Shown here: positions 50,956 through 62,987 of the stretch, piece after piece
Numbering within the stretch: position 1 is the stretch's first letter
Layout: each line of letters opens with the position of its first letter
From: Octopus vulgaris
Taxonomy: Eukaryota
DNA: 64,000 nucleotides
NCBI GenBank assembly: GCA_951406725.2
Contig: OX597820.1
Span: 45,632,001 to 45,696,000 of the forward strand
Direction: 5' to 3'
Notes under the pieces: generated by a model
What the model was told of the DNA's origin: nothing
The model's database searches: none
The model's input: only the letters and a program-made list of their open reading frames with translations
Program-made: the position numbers and the translations under genes

Positions 50956-51045
50956 AATATGTATGTATATATATGCAAGTATGTAAATATATGTATGTAT
51001 ATATGCAAGTATGTACATACACGTATGTATATATATTATTTATAT

Positions 51046-51077
<32 letters not shown>

Positions 51078-51303
51078 TAGTTTTCCCATAGGTTACACAT
51101 ATATACCAAGGCTTTGCTTTGCAGACAGATGCCTTTCCTGCCGTTAACCCTTACCTGTTTTTTTTTGAAACTGCATGTCTCTTGATATGTGATAAACAGA
51201 TAAACTGGCGAGCTAGCAGAATCATTAGACTTTCAGAAAAAATACCTTGCAGTATCTCCTCCAGCTATGGTTTAAGTTCAAATCTCACTGGAGTAATATT
51301 ATA

Positions 51304-52110
51304 GGCACAATCGTTGCAGTGGGGTTAAGAGGTTTGATTTTCAACCACATGGTTTTGGCAAGTTCAGTTCCATTGAGGGACACCTTGGCCGAGTGTCCTC
51401 TTCTACTTTTGTCCCGGGTCAAAGCTCAGCGAGTGAAATAGACAGAAGGAAACTGAAAGAAGGACATCATACACATAAGGAGATGTAGATATACAATTTT
51501 TTGTATATGTCTGTGTGAGTGCTTTTGTCTCTCTTTGTCTTGACATAGCAGGATAGTTGTAAATGAATGTCACTGTCATTCATTTCGAACAGTGTGAGAA
51601 GTTGTGTCTGGCCATGGGAAAAAATTACCTTGCTTGGAAATAGGTAAGGGTTGGTGAGAGGAAGGACATCCAGCCATAGAAATCTGTTTCAATAAACTCC
51701 ATCTGGCTAAGCAAACATGGAAAAGGTAATGTTAAAATGATGATAATGAGATAAATTAGGCAGGTAAATAGATAGGCATAGATGTGGCTGTGTTGAATAG
51801 ACTGCTTCCCAGTCTTGTGATTTTTGGTTTCAGGCTAGTGAATGGATTTGGTAAAGAGAAACTGAAAGAAGCCCATCACGTACATATATTTAGGTTTGCG
51901 TGTTTACCCTTGTAAAGACCATCTTGTGCAGCTTATGAATGAGTAACATCATCATAGAATACAGCCTTCTGTGAAATTACATCTGACCACAGGATAATAT
52001 GGTTTGGGACAGGCAGCAGTTGGCAACAGGAAATGCATCCAGCAATAGAAAAAGTCTGCCTCAACTAATTCTGTCTGACCCATGCTAAGATAGGAAGATG
52101 GATGTTAAGA
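51304..52110 (+). mobile_element. Two adjacent CORE-head/RTE-tail SINEs (51304-51747, 51774-52110)
   Basis: Each has GGAAACTGAAAGAAG-like middle and GCATCCAGC...GTTAA tail. Confidence 0.65.
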
Positions 52111-53103
52111 TTATAATATATATGTTTACAAATGTATACTGTTTGGTGTAGTAAAATCTTTGTGTAAGTGTAGCAAAGCATATATGTATAAAATGTGTTC
52201 TTTTTTAAGCCATTTAATGTAGTGTATATATTTATATCCTATACATGCAAACACACACATATACATTCACACATATGTACATCTATATACCAGGGTGTCA
52301 ACTAACTTGAATGAAAATGTTAAAAACACCACAGAAATGTTGGAAAATGGTAGTAAATTCTGGGAAAAAATTAGCGAAGTAATTAGCATAAATTATAATA
52401 GCTGTTTACAATTTTTGCTATTTTTGAGTAGGTTTATATATCATTGCATTTATTAATGTATAATACTCACTTTTTTTTCTTAGATATTGAAACTGGATAC
52501 TAGATGATGTTATACATGAGAACTAGCTTAGTGCAAAAGTAATTGTAGATTTTATAGTATTTGTGTATGCATGGCACCTTGTACAATAGCCTTGGGTTGA
52601 CAAAAGTATTAAATAGATTTGATAGACAGAAACTGAAAGATGCCTGTCTTGTGTTGGATAGTTTGACAAGGATTCAATGAACCAAAGGACTGCATCGTGC
52701 TCCAATGTCTGCTTTTGGCATGGTTTCTATAACTGGATGCCCTTCCCAAAGCCAACCATTTTACAGTGTGTACAGAGTGCTTTTTGTCATGGCACCAGCA
52801 CTGTTGAAGTCACCATGTATCTTGCAAGTCAATAAACCTAGGGAGGGAAAATGTTGCATCCACATGTTAGATGGGGGTTAATTAAGGTAAGAGGAAGGGG
52901 TTGAGGTAGAACAGGCTCTCATTGGCGAGGAGCTACATGGCTACACATATTTAGAAAACGGAGTAAGAATGAATTAATTATTCCAAGGAAATAGACAGGT
53001 GATGAGGTGGCCATGTGGCATCTTAGGTAGCAGAGGTAGTAGTGAGTGGAGAGAGTGGCGTTGCTTATATATGTATGTATTCACTTTGAGGATGGCCAAA
53101 TGG

Positions 53104-53218
53104 ATGGACTCTGATGAAGCTGCACTGATAATAATGCAAGGGTGCTTCTGCAACTATGGGTAGTCGGTGCAGTACAAAATTATAAAAGAAAATTTTGTGG
53201 ATGAACAAGTCTCCATAC
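53104..53218 (+). ncRNA. Type I hammerhead relic with extended stem II (Penelope-type)
   Basis: GACT-CTGATGA-A-GCTGCACTGAT...GTCGGTGCAGT-A-CAAAA(CGAAA)-TT...AACA-AGTC; two core positions mutated. Confidence 0.5.
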
Positions 53219-53255
53219 TCTTTATTATTAGTAATTATGTATATGTATATGTATA

Positions 53256-53635
53256 CTAGCAGTATCGCCCGGCGTTGCTCAGGTTTGTAAGGGAAATAAC
53301 TATAAAGCATCTTTAGAGAGTTATAGCCAAAAAATAGCAAAAAAATGGAAAAAAAATGATGGTAAATTTTTTTTTGAGAGTAAAAAAAGGTTGAGTTGCG
53401 TCCCCTAGACAGTCTGTGGTTTGTTTTTTTATTCTCGACCCCATGTCGAATTTATCGATTTTTTTCAGAACTGGGGGAACTTTTCAAAATTTTCGCTGCG
53501 TTAGTTTTGAATTATGACATTGGGCTATGCGTGTGTCAAGTTTCATCAGAATCGGTTGAAAGCCGTGGTCAGGGTGAGGGTACGAGAAAACAGACACACA
53601 GAAACACGCACAGACAAACTGCCGTTTATATATAG

Positions 53636-53640
<5 letters not shown>
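53256..53640 (-). mobile_element. Non-autonomous Helitron (second copy)
   Basis: Reverse complement of 291-673 with TC start, hairpin and CTAG end, between A and T. Confidence 0.85.
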
Positions 53641-53677
<37 letters not shown>

Positions 53678-54158
53678 CTAAGGACCAAGATATGTCACAT
53701 TGCTATACACAAAATGACTAGTCTGCCACAGTAGAATTTATGCTGGTTCTGGTGTCACATAAAAAGCATGGTGCTAGTGGCACATTAAAAGCACTGGTGC
53801 CACTTAAAAAGCACCCAATACACTCTGTGAAGTGGTTGGTGTTAGGAAGAGCATCCAACCATAGAAACCGTGCCAGAACAGACAATGGAGTCTGGTGTAG
53901 CCATTGGCTTCAAAGCTACAGTCTCCTTGCCTTGACATTGCATGACAGTAGTGAGGGTCACCATCATGTAAGCAGTGTCTGCTTGTATGACAGTGACATT
54001 CATTTACAACCACTATACTATGTCAAGGAGGCAATAACGTACATATATTGTGGTAAGAAGTTTGCTTCCAACTGCATGTACCAGGTTCAGTCCCACTGCA
54101 TGGCACCTTGGGCCAACCAAAGCCTTGAGAATGAATTTGGCAGACAAACGTGTGTGTG

Positions 54159-54192
<34 letters not shown>

Positions 54193-54193
54193 A

Positions 54194-54904
54194 TCATCAT
54201 CATCGTTTAACGTCCGCTTTCCATGCTAGCATGGGTTGGACGGTTCAACTGGGGTCTGGGAAGCCCGAAGGCTGCACCAGGCCAGTCAGATCTGGCAGAG
54301 TTTCTACAGCTGGATGCCCTTCCTAACGCCAACCACTCCGAGAGTGTAGTGGGGGATTTTATGTGCCACCGACACAGGTGCCAGACGAGGCTTGCGAACG
54401 GCCACGCTCGGATGGTGTTTTTTACGTGCCACTGGCACGGAGGCCAGTCAATGCAGTACTGGCTACGGCCACGTTCGGATGGTTTTCGTATGTGCCTCAA
54501 CAGGTCTTCACAAGAAGGAAGGTATGCATAGGTGCACTGACTACGTTCCAGGTAGGGGCCATGGGTTATGGCCTCACTTGTCCAGCCGGGTCTTCTCACG
54601 CACAGCATACTTCCAAAGGTCTCGGTCTCTGGTCATTTCCTCGGTGAAACCTAAAGAGCAAAGGTCGTTCTTCACCACCTCGTCCCAGGTTTTCCTGGGT
54701 CTGCCTCTTCCACAGGTTCCCTCAACCGCCAGGGTGTGGCACTTTTTCACACAACTATCTTCATCCATTCTTACTACGTGTCCATACCAGCGTAGACGTC
54801 TCTCTTGCACACCACATCTGATGCTTCTTAGGTCCAACTTTTCTCTCAAGGCACTTACACTCTGTCTGGTATGAAACACTGACATTACACATCCAACGGA
54901 GCAT
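54194..54904 (-). mobile_element. 5'-truncated RTE-clade LINE, young
   Basis: ORF C-terminus, 3'UTR with 63-bp unit and (GAT)n tail. Confidence 0.92.
54574..54904 (-). pseudogene. RTE ORF C-terminal fragment
   Basis: MLRWMCNVSV(frameshift)HTRQSVSALREKL...RRLRWYGHVVRM...EGTCGRGRPRKTW...DRDLWK, typical RTE motifs. Confidence 0.9.
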
Positions 54905-55145
54905 ATATATATATAATGTGAATATTTTTGTGTCTGTGTTTGTTCCTCAGCACTGATTGACAACAAGTGTTCATGTGTTTAACTTAACATATAACCTAGC
55001 GATTCAGCAATAAGATTCCGATAAAATAAGTACCAGAATTAAAATAAAAGTACTGGTCGATTGGGTCAACTAAAATTTTTCAGGGCAGTGCCCTGGCATT
55101 TTGCAGTCTGATAACTGAAACAAGTAAAAGATAAAATATATATAT

Positions 55146-55509
55146 AGGCACAGGCCTAGCTGTGTGGTAAGAAGCTTGCTTCCCAACCACATGGTTTCGG
55201 GTTCGGTCGCACTGCGTAGCACCCTGGGCAAGTGTCTTCTATTAAAGCATTGAGTGGATTTGGTAGAAAGAAACCGAAACGGGCACGTCATATATATGCA
55301 TATATGTGTGTGTGTGTGTGTGTGTTTGTATCAGTTTGTCCCTCATCACCGCTTGACAACCGGTACTAGTGTGTTTACGTCCCCGTAACTTAGCGGTTCA
55401 GCAAAACAGACCGATAAAATAAGTACCAGGCTTATAGAAAGTACTGGGATCGATACATTCGACTGAAAATTCTTCAAGGCGGTGCTCCAGCATGGCCGCA
55501 GTCTAATGG

Positions 55510-55510
<1 letters not shown>
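55146..55510 (+). mobile_element. tRNA/CORE-type SINE, CpGs retained
   Basis: GGTTCGGTCGC B-box, CTGGGCAAGTGTCTTCT core, 3' half as in 7819 copy. Confidence 0.85.
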
Positions 55511-55570
<60 letters not shown>

Positions 55571-55579
55571 TAGAGGTGC

Positions 55580-55735
55580 GACGAACTTCTTTCAATTTCC
55601 ATCAACGAAATCCACTCCCAGAGCTTTGATTGGCCTAGGGTTGTAGTAGAAGATACTTGTCTTAGGTGCTATGCAGTGAGACTAACTCGAAACCATGTGG
55701 TTGGAAACCAAACTTTTTTACCATACAACCAATTA
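55580..55735 (-). mobile_element. CORE-type SINE 5' half
   Basis: Reverse complement of the SINE head (AACCATGTGGTTGG, TTCTTTCAATTTCC). Confidence 0.7.
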
Positions 55736-56074
55736 CATAAAAACAAAAACATGTATAGACATACATATACATGCATATATACATACATATACACAAACAT
55801 ACATGCATATCATACATATATACACACACATGCATATATACATGGACACACACATTATGAGAGCGTGTAAAAATCCCTTTTTTTATATACATGAAGCTTA
55901 ACTCTTATAAAAGTTACAAAAGGGTAAAGGGAAACTTAATAGACATGATGTTATTGTTAGTAATGTGACATACAGCAATGCATAAGCGCAGTTTTCGGTG
56001 ACAAAAAGTCAGCGTTCGACGAAAACAAACCTACACGACACGGACAATAATCACGCCATCGATAGACACTACAA

Positions 56075-56790
56075 CCGGGAACCTCTATGCGGCCTTTTGA
56101 CTTGCTAGAGATAGCAGCCAAATTTCACTCGATTCATATTGCAAATGCAGTCCTGGTTCCAGTGAGCATCGGGAAACGATGAGACGGTCGTAGCTAGGAT
56201 GTCTTACATCATAGTCTGCTCAGTCAGAGTTGACAACGGGCTAAACATCAGTTACAACCGGAAACCCAATACATGGTCACTCTACCTGCTAGAAATAGCA
56301 ATCAAAAGGACACTATCGTCGTAGAGAGTATTCCCAATGCACAAAAGGACTGGATGGCCACAACTTGAAAAGCTTTTGAACTCCATTAGTCCCGATCTAG
56401 AACTTAACAACTACAGCGAGCCATCGAAGTAGCCTTGGTGTAGTTACTGGCCCTGCTAGAAAACTACAACTTAAGATAATCCAATGCGTTCTTGGATTAC
56501 TTAATTTGGATTACACAATTAAAAAAAAATACATGTAATGGTCATATCTCGAACGTCTTTCAAAATAAAAAAAATAAACTTGCTGTCAGGGCCGATTTGG
56601 AGCCAAAATTGAAACAACTTATTAGGAAAGATTTATTGGTGTTGCAAAGCTTTCTAGAAAGAAATATTAGCCAAATCTTCAGATTTAAAACAAAGAAGAT
56701 AATGAATAACATCGTCTTAAGATAGACTCGGGTTGGGGGGATAAAAACAGGTCTGTCCTGGCTGGAACGCCTTTGATCATATTCAGAGAA
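56075..56790 (+). repeat. Head-to-tail array of four diverged family X units
   Basis: Units ~56075-56260, 56261-56424, 56425-56620, 56625-56790; each has a CTAGA(A/G)A-type hairpin motif and a GGTC..(G)CTGGAA..CTTT-like block. Confidence 0.65.
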
Positions 56791-59700
56791 GTAAAAAAAA
56801 TAACCCATCCTTTCTTAGTCGGCGTAGGATGGGTTTGACTTTGATGATGTTCCTTACAGAAAGTACAATAAATTTTGACCAAACGCATTTTGGACGTAGT
56901 CACGTTCATGCTTTTCCCCTGATGCCATTTCCGAGACACTTTTTCTTAATTTTTGTTCGTTTTACAAATTAAAAGATTAATTGTTGTTGTGTTGTTTTTT
57001 TTAATAGATAGACACATTGATTATAAATGAATCGAAATTTTCCCCCAACTGCACCAATATTTATCCCATCACCTTCAACAGAATGAGGTAGTGAAGTAGC
57101 GAATTCGATATTGCAAAACATCTGGTTCGATTAATCGACACTACTAATAATAATGATTTCTGATTTATGCATAAGGTTAAACAATTCTGAGGGGAAAGGA
57201 GTTAGTACTTAACTGATAGGTACTTTTTTTCATCGACCCTGTAAGTCGAAGTTAACCTCGGCGGGTCGGTGACATATACAGCGACATTACAAGGACAGGT
57301 CACAAAAAAAGTCTACGTGAGGACGGTTACATTAAAATCGGATGATTTTTAAGATAAAGGGGAGGAGTGGTAACAGCATAAACATGCGTGATTGAGTCAA
57401 GAGACAAGAAAACCCCTTCAATAACAGGATCACGGACAGAAATTTTCAGGATTATGGGCTGAACCACAAATACTCGACTGCCTATATTTTATCAACCACC
57501 CAGGTTTGGACTCAGAAAGTACAAGGACGAAATACTGACCACCGCAATCTCTCCTTCTCTTTCAGCTTGTTTCTGTGATACATCGTCCTCAGAAATATGA
57601 TTTATCACATCGACACATGTAAAAAGGGGAACTGGCATAGAAAATTGAATTGACTCCTCTGCATTTTACTCAAACTCATACTATCGACCTCCAGTGCGAT
57701 GAGAGGCAAACTAACAACCAACTATAATGAACATCATCTAAGTCCGAGCATCACTACCCTACCATGCTGAAGAAGGAAGGAAAGAAAGAAAAGAAAGAGA
57801 GTGAGAAAACTATGTTCGAGACATCGGTGGAATGAAAAGCTACGGGCGGGAATGGAAACCGGATTGTGAATGCAGTCGTCTAAATGATACAATACAATAT
57901 GGTTGAGAGAGAGAGAAACAGACAGAGAGAAAGATAGGAGACAAATAAAACAAAGAGATAATGTCATGAATAAAGAAGAGAGATTTAACTCACAATGTGT
58001 GTCTCCTGTTTTGGAGGTTGCTGTTTTATGTATTACACATTGAGGGACAACGAAATATACATCTGGTGTCAGTGAGGTGGAGGGACAGAGAGATTAGGAG
58101 GAGAGAGAGAGAGAGGGAGGGAGGGAGAGAGAGACTGAGAGAAGTGAATAGTAGTAGTAGTAGAGGGAGATAGAGGTAAAGAGAAAGAGAGAATAGGATG
58201 GGTGAGAACGAGAGTGTATGTACGAGTGGGTAGGTAGGTGCAAATGAATGTGTGTGTGTATGTGTGTGTTTTAACACACATACACGATGAGGAGTTAAAA
58301 CGACATGGTTGGAATCATTTGGGTCGTGTTTCGGCTGAATGACACGCACAATTTTGCACTTTTACAAATGTACACACTTCGGTGTGCGCATGTGTGTGTA
58401 TATATATATATATATATACATACGTACATGCACGCAGAAGTATATATATACATATACGCAAACACTTGAACGCAAGGTTAATATATAATGTCGGTGTCTC
58501 GGAGAAGGGCAGGCGGAAGAACGTCAAAGAAGTTGGCATGGACTGACAAACCCTAAAATGCGGTGAAGAGAGGAATCATACATTAGGGGTTGGGGGAAAT
58601 GACACAGCGTATTAACAGACTGACAGAGACAAACAGGGAAGTTGATGGAAACTGGACACGGAATAAAAAATATTCACAAGGGACAGGCAGTGTCTATAGT
58701 GGTCAGGTTTCGGTAAAGGGATGTCTCCGTGCTTGCTGTTTCGGACTATAGCGGACAGCTGGTCAGATACAGTTTTCTCTGCAATACCCTTGAAGTGGAC
58801 ATCGACTAAAGTTAGCTTTTACAGTGGATAGTCAATAACAATCACAATAATGTCATGGTAGAGAAACTATAAAACTAGAAGAGAAATTAGGAATGCTGCC
58901 GTCAGGTGTAAAATATGTATGAAGCATTAAAATCACTGGAGTGTGACCGATATGGAGACAACGAAATAAATCTTGGTCAGAATGTTAACATATATATATA
59001 AATATATATATATATCAATGTGCTGTTAGATGCATCAGGCTTTGGTTAAAGAACAGCTAAACCATGGGCTTTTATCGGTAGTGAGCAGTGTATATGTGAA
59101 CGAAATGACAGTGTGACATAGAGAAACCATAAATATGGTTGACAAAAAAAAAAACAAAAAAAAAACGGGAGAGCAGTATTTAGACATATGTTGAATGTCG
59201 ACTGATGGCTGCTCCTCCACCAGTGTAATTTAGAAGTCGGTTGCACAACAAGAGCATACGACAACAGTCCCAAGACAATAGCTAGCTGACCGTTAGCTTT
59301 GAACACACATCGCTTTATTTTCCGTCGTCGTGTCACCAGCATCATAACATTACCATCGGTTTGTTCCCGCTGACCATATTGTCATCGGTGTCCATCTGAT
59401 TCTTCTCTATGGAAACTACACACCATTTCCAGAACTATTGGTGACCATAGATCGTGATAAAACTGATAGCGGGTGAATTAAAGCCAGATGGAGTGTACAT
59501 TCTATGTATTACAGAAAATGAGTTTTTATGTATGATGTACGGTATATATATGCACGGTAGATAAATGTACGAAGTGTGAATGAAATGTGTGCAAATGCAT
59601 GACGGCGTGTATACACGAACAATGTGTATAGCATACCATACACAGCATATGAGAGCATGTTAAGAAAATATACATACGTATGATGCTATGGAAATAAACT

Positions 59701-61898
59701 TTAATAACAACGATACAATGTGACAAGGCCATTTCTTTCGGTCGATGAAGCGTAACGTTGTTTGTTTAAACCGACTGGTACATATTTTATCGACAAATTT
59801 CATAGAAAATAACTATAAAATAGCAATGATATAAAGACGAACGAAAAGTTTTGTCGAAATTTTTCTTGTGGTTCTATCATTTTAAAACACATTTAGACAT
59901 TTATGGTAATAATCTATTCTAGACAAAATTCGGTTCTCCGTAATAAAGCATGCCGTGTCGTTCAGACGTTCTGTAACATAATTAAGCTTAGTAAACTAAT
60001 TGAACAGACAACAGCTTTTACATTTAGGTAAAAAAAAAAAAAAAAAAAAACTTCAAATTTATAATCAAACCGAAAGACTAATTCGAAATTTAATACGTTC
60101 AATATTTCAGATAAACTTCGCATTTCCACTAATTGCTTTATTTAAGGGGTGTAGTAGAATACTTTTTCATTAAATGTGCGTAAAAATACTAATATCTTTC
60201 CGTAGGTCTTGTTAATTTTAAGTGACGAAAAAACTTTTCATTGTAAATTACTTGTTATTCAATATAATTAATAACATTATCCGAAACAAAAACAGAAAAA
60301 CAAACTATTTTCTCTCATTCGGATCGACCACAAAAATGTCTCATGCACTATATCTAATTTCACTTTTAAAAGATTCTCTAACAAATATATCTAACGGATG
60401 TTCAACAATTTGAACATTTAAAATTTTATTTTTTCTTTTTCAATGTAAATTTTACAAACAGTTTTCAGGGTACTGAATGAAAGCTCGGACAATCTAACTG
60501 AATATATAGGAATTTATAGATGCTTGTTCTAATGTTGAAGTGGCGGAAGCGGAGGGGGGGGCTACTTTCAAAGAAAAACGTATTATGGTACATAACCGAT
60601 CAACCATAACGTCAATTTTATGTAATACTCTGTATGTAAAACCAATGAAAAGTACAGGACCAGTGGGGAAATGGAAATAGAGAGTGGGAAGTTGGGATGT
60701 ACATGCGTTGCTTTTCTTTATTCGACTCTGCCATAGCCGCTTGACATGGTTATGCTTCAATGGATGAGAGCGGTCACAGTTGAGTTATACGAACTCACTT
60801 ATCTTACCGGTATTTCTCCGTTGTTGCTTTTGTTTAGCCCCAGGCAAACTTCCAACCAGGGTCATCCCAAGTATTACTATTTCTTTTCTTTCCTTTTTGT
60901 TTCGGGGGAAAAGTGTAGTAGTGTACAATGAACATTCAACAAACCGAGGTGTCTGTCCCCTTCTAAAACAGTAGGATTATTTCGCTGCTATTGTCAACAG
61001 ACTGACCGACCGACCACGCATGGTAGGTCGGTAAGTTGGAGGTTGCGGGAGATGATAAAAAGACTACCACGACACGGACGGGAATCGAACTCGAACGCAT
61101 TGAAACAGAATACATATATACACAGATTATTATAATATATAACAAAATAAAAACAATAATCCCTTATATATATATATATATATATATATTAATCATAAAC
61201 AGGTACCCAGGTTACATAATTGGCAAGGGTTCGGGTTGCCGTTTTCGAAAAAAAAAATCAACTGCACAACATGTCTGGTACTTTTAACTTATCACCCTCC
61301 ACTTCACACACACACACGTACAAAAAGGGCTTCGGGGAGACTGATGTAACTTTGCCTTAGCTCAAAAGGCCAAAAAGGGGAGGGCATGAACATCATGCAA
61401 TCTCAAAAATAACAGCCATGGAGAGAGAATAAATCACGTATATATGGAAAATACAAAAAAAAGCCAATATAATTAACACGCGCGCATACACGTATTTTGA
61501 TTATACACACTTCGAGGCGAGACAGATAAGAAAATATATTTGCATATCTTCATGGAGGGATTTTCTTCAGGGAAACTACGTTCTTCCCAATACATAACAT
61601 AATATAATTTATATATATATATATATATACACGTCTACTGCAAAGGATTTTCTCTTAAATAGCTGTTTACCCGGTTCCGCACATACGTACATATATACAT
61701 ATATATATACACACACACACTTTAGAATATTGAGCAATAGATACTTTAAAAGATGTGAAGTATATACACACAATCTGTTTTATATACATATATATATATA
61801 TTCAAACACAAGCATATACATGTATATTTTTTTTTGTTTACTGGTTTTAGTCATTAGACCATACTGGAGCACACACATTATATATATATATGTGTGTG

Positions 61899-61941
<43 letters not shown>

Positions 61942-62058
61942 GTTTAACCCGGCGTGGTGATATTTAACATAATCAATGCTTGAGGAATAACGAACAATAT
62001 TGAAGATGAAATGAAATAAGATAGATAGATAGATAATACATAAAACATGTTAACTCAC

Positions 62059-62425
62059 AATTGAAAATATTATCTTTAGTAGCAGTAGTAGTTGTAGTAG
62101 TAGTCTGTATTCGGTGAGAAGTAGTAGTAGTAGTAATAATAATAATAATTAACTGAAACGACGATGAGGATAGAGAAAAGTGAAAGCACAGCGGCGGCGG
62201 TTTGTAGTAATAATAATAATAAAACAGAGAAATATAGACCAAAATATATTATATGTGGATATATTTATAAAGCCCTGTCTTTTTCAAAAGATTCAAAGCT
62301 GTTTTTTGCTTTTTTTTTTTCTAAATTAATGCTGTTTTCTCTTTTAGGGTTGTTATTGTGGGTTATTTTTTTTTAAATAAACTCGTCAAGGTGGAGTTAG
62401 AAACATGGAACAGAGAAACAGACCA
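62059..62425 (-). other. Candidate non-coding first exon of a minus-strand gene
   Basis: Donor ATT|GTGAGT (GT at 62058-62057); lies at the end of the CpG-retaining domain next to an E-box; inference only. Confidence 0.35.
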
Positions 62426-62429
62426 CCGG

Positions 62430-62760
62430 CCCACGTGACCGACTCACTGCAGCAGCATCAGCAGCAGCAGTACAATCCTCCCCCTCTTACCTCCTCTCTC
62501 CCCTTCATCGTCGTCGTCGTCGTCGCTGCCACCCACACCGCCACAACCTGCATTGTTTCCTCCTCCTCTCCTCCCCTTCTCTGTTCACCCCCGATCTCCA
62601 ACCTCTCTCCATCGCCACCACCACCACTTGCATTGTTTCTCCTTCTACCCCCTCTCTGTTCTCCTGATCTCCACTCTTCGCCGCCGCCACCACTCCCACC
62701 TGCATTGTTTCTTCTCCCTCTCTTTGTTCCCCCCACTCTCCAATCCCTGCCGTCACCATC
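62430..62760. promoter_or_regulatory. Candidate promoter: E-box CACGTGAC (62432-62439) and three TGCATTGTTTC repeats
   Basis: GC/CpG-rich patch, base-skew switch, SOX-type CATTGTT at 62551, 62631, 62703. Confidence 0.35.
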
Positions 62761-62784
62761 ACCACCGACAGCAACAACAAACGT

Positions 62785-62987
62785 GGAATCTCTGTGGTTG
62801 GTTGGTTGGTCGATCTGCTAAGAATAGTAGCCAAAATATCCTTCAAATTCACTTACAAGCTTACAAGGACACATTTGATAAATGTAGACTTACATACCCT
62901 TAAAAAAGACCGGATGGTTACGATTGGAACGTATTTGATCTGCAGGTTTTCACAATCAATCCATTCCTAGGGCTAAACAATATCAAC
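62785..62987 (+). mobile_element. Family X repeat
   Basis: CGATCTGCTAAGAATAGTAGCCAAAATATCCTTCAAATTCAC ... GGATGGTTACGATTGGAACG ... GGGCTAAACAA. Confidence 0.65.

Larger units (their letters stand above)
54050..55135 (+). mobile_element. tRNA/CORE-type SINE split by an RTE insertion (54050-54193 and 54905-55135)
   Basis: Head ends in (TG)n(TA)n; 3' half resumes after the RTE; duplicated ATATATATATAAT flanks. Confidence 0.75.

Noticed and set aside
61070-61095. tRNA gene suggested by a B-box (GAGTTCGATTCCCGTCCGTG, minus strand)
   Set aside because: No A-box or cloverleaf upstream; likely a SINE remnant. Other A/B boxes in the window are SINE heads.
62405-62903. Gln/Pro-rich ORFs near the CpG-rich patch
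   Set aside because: Low-complexity trinucleotide and pyrimidine tracts open in many frames; they end inside a family X repeat.
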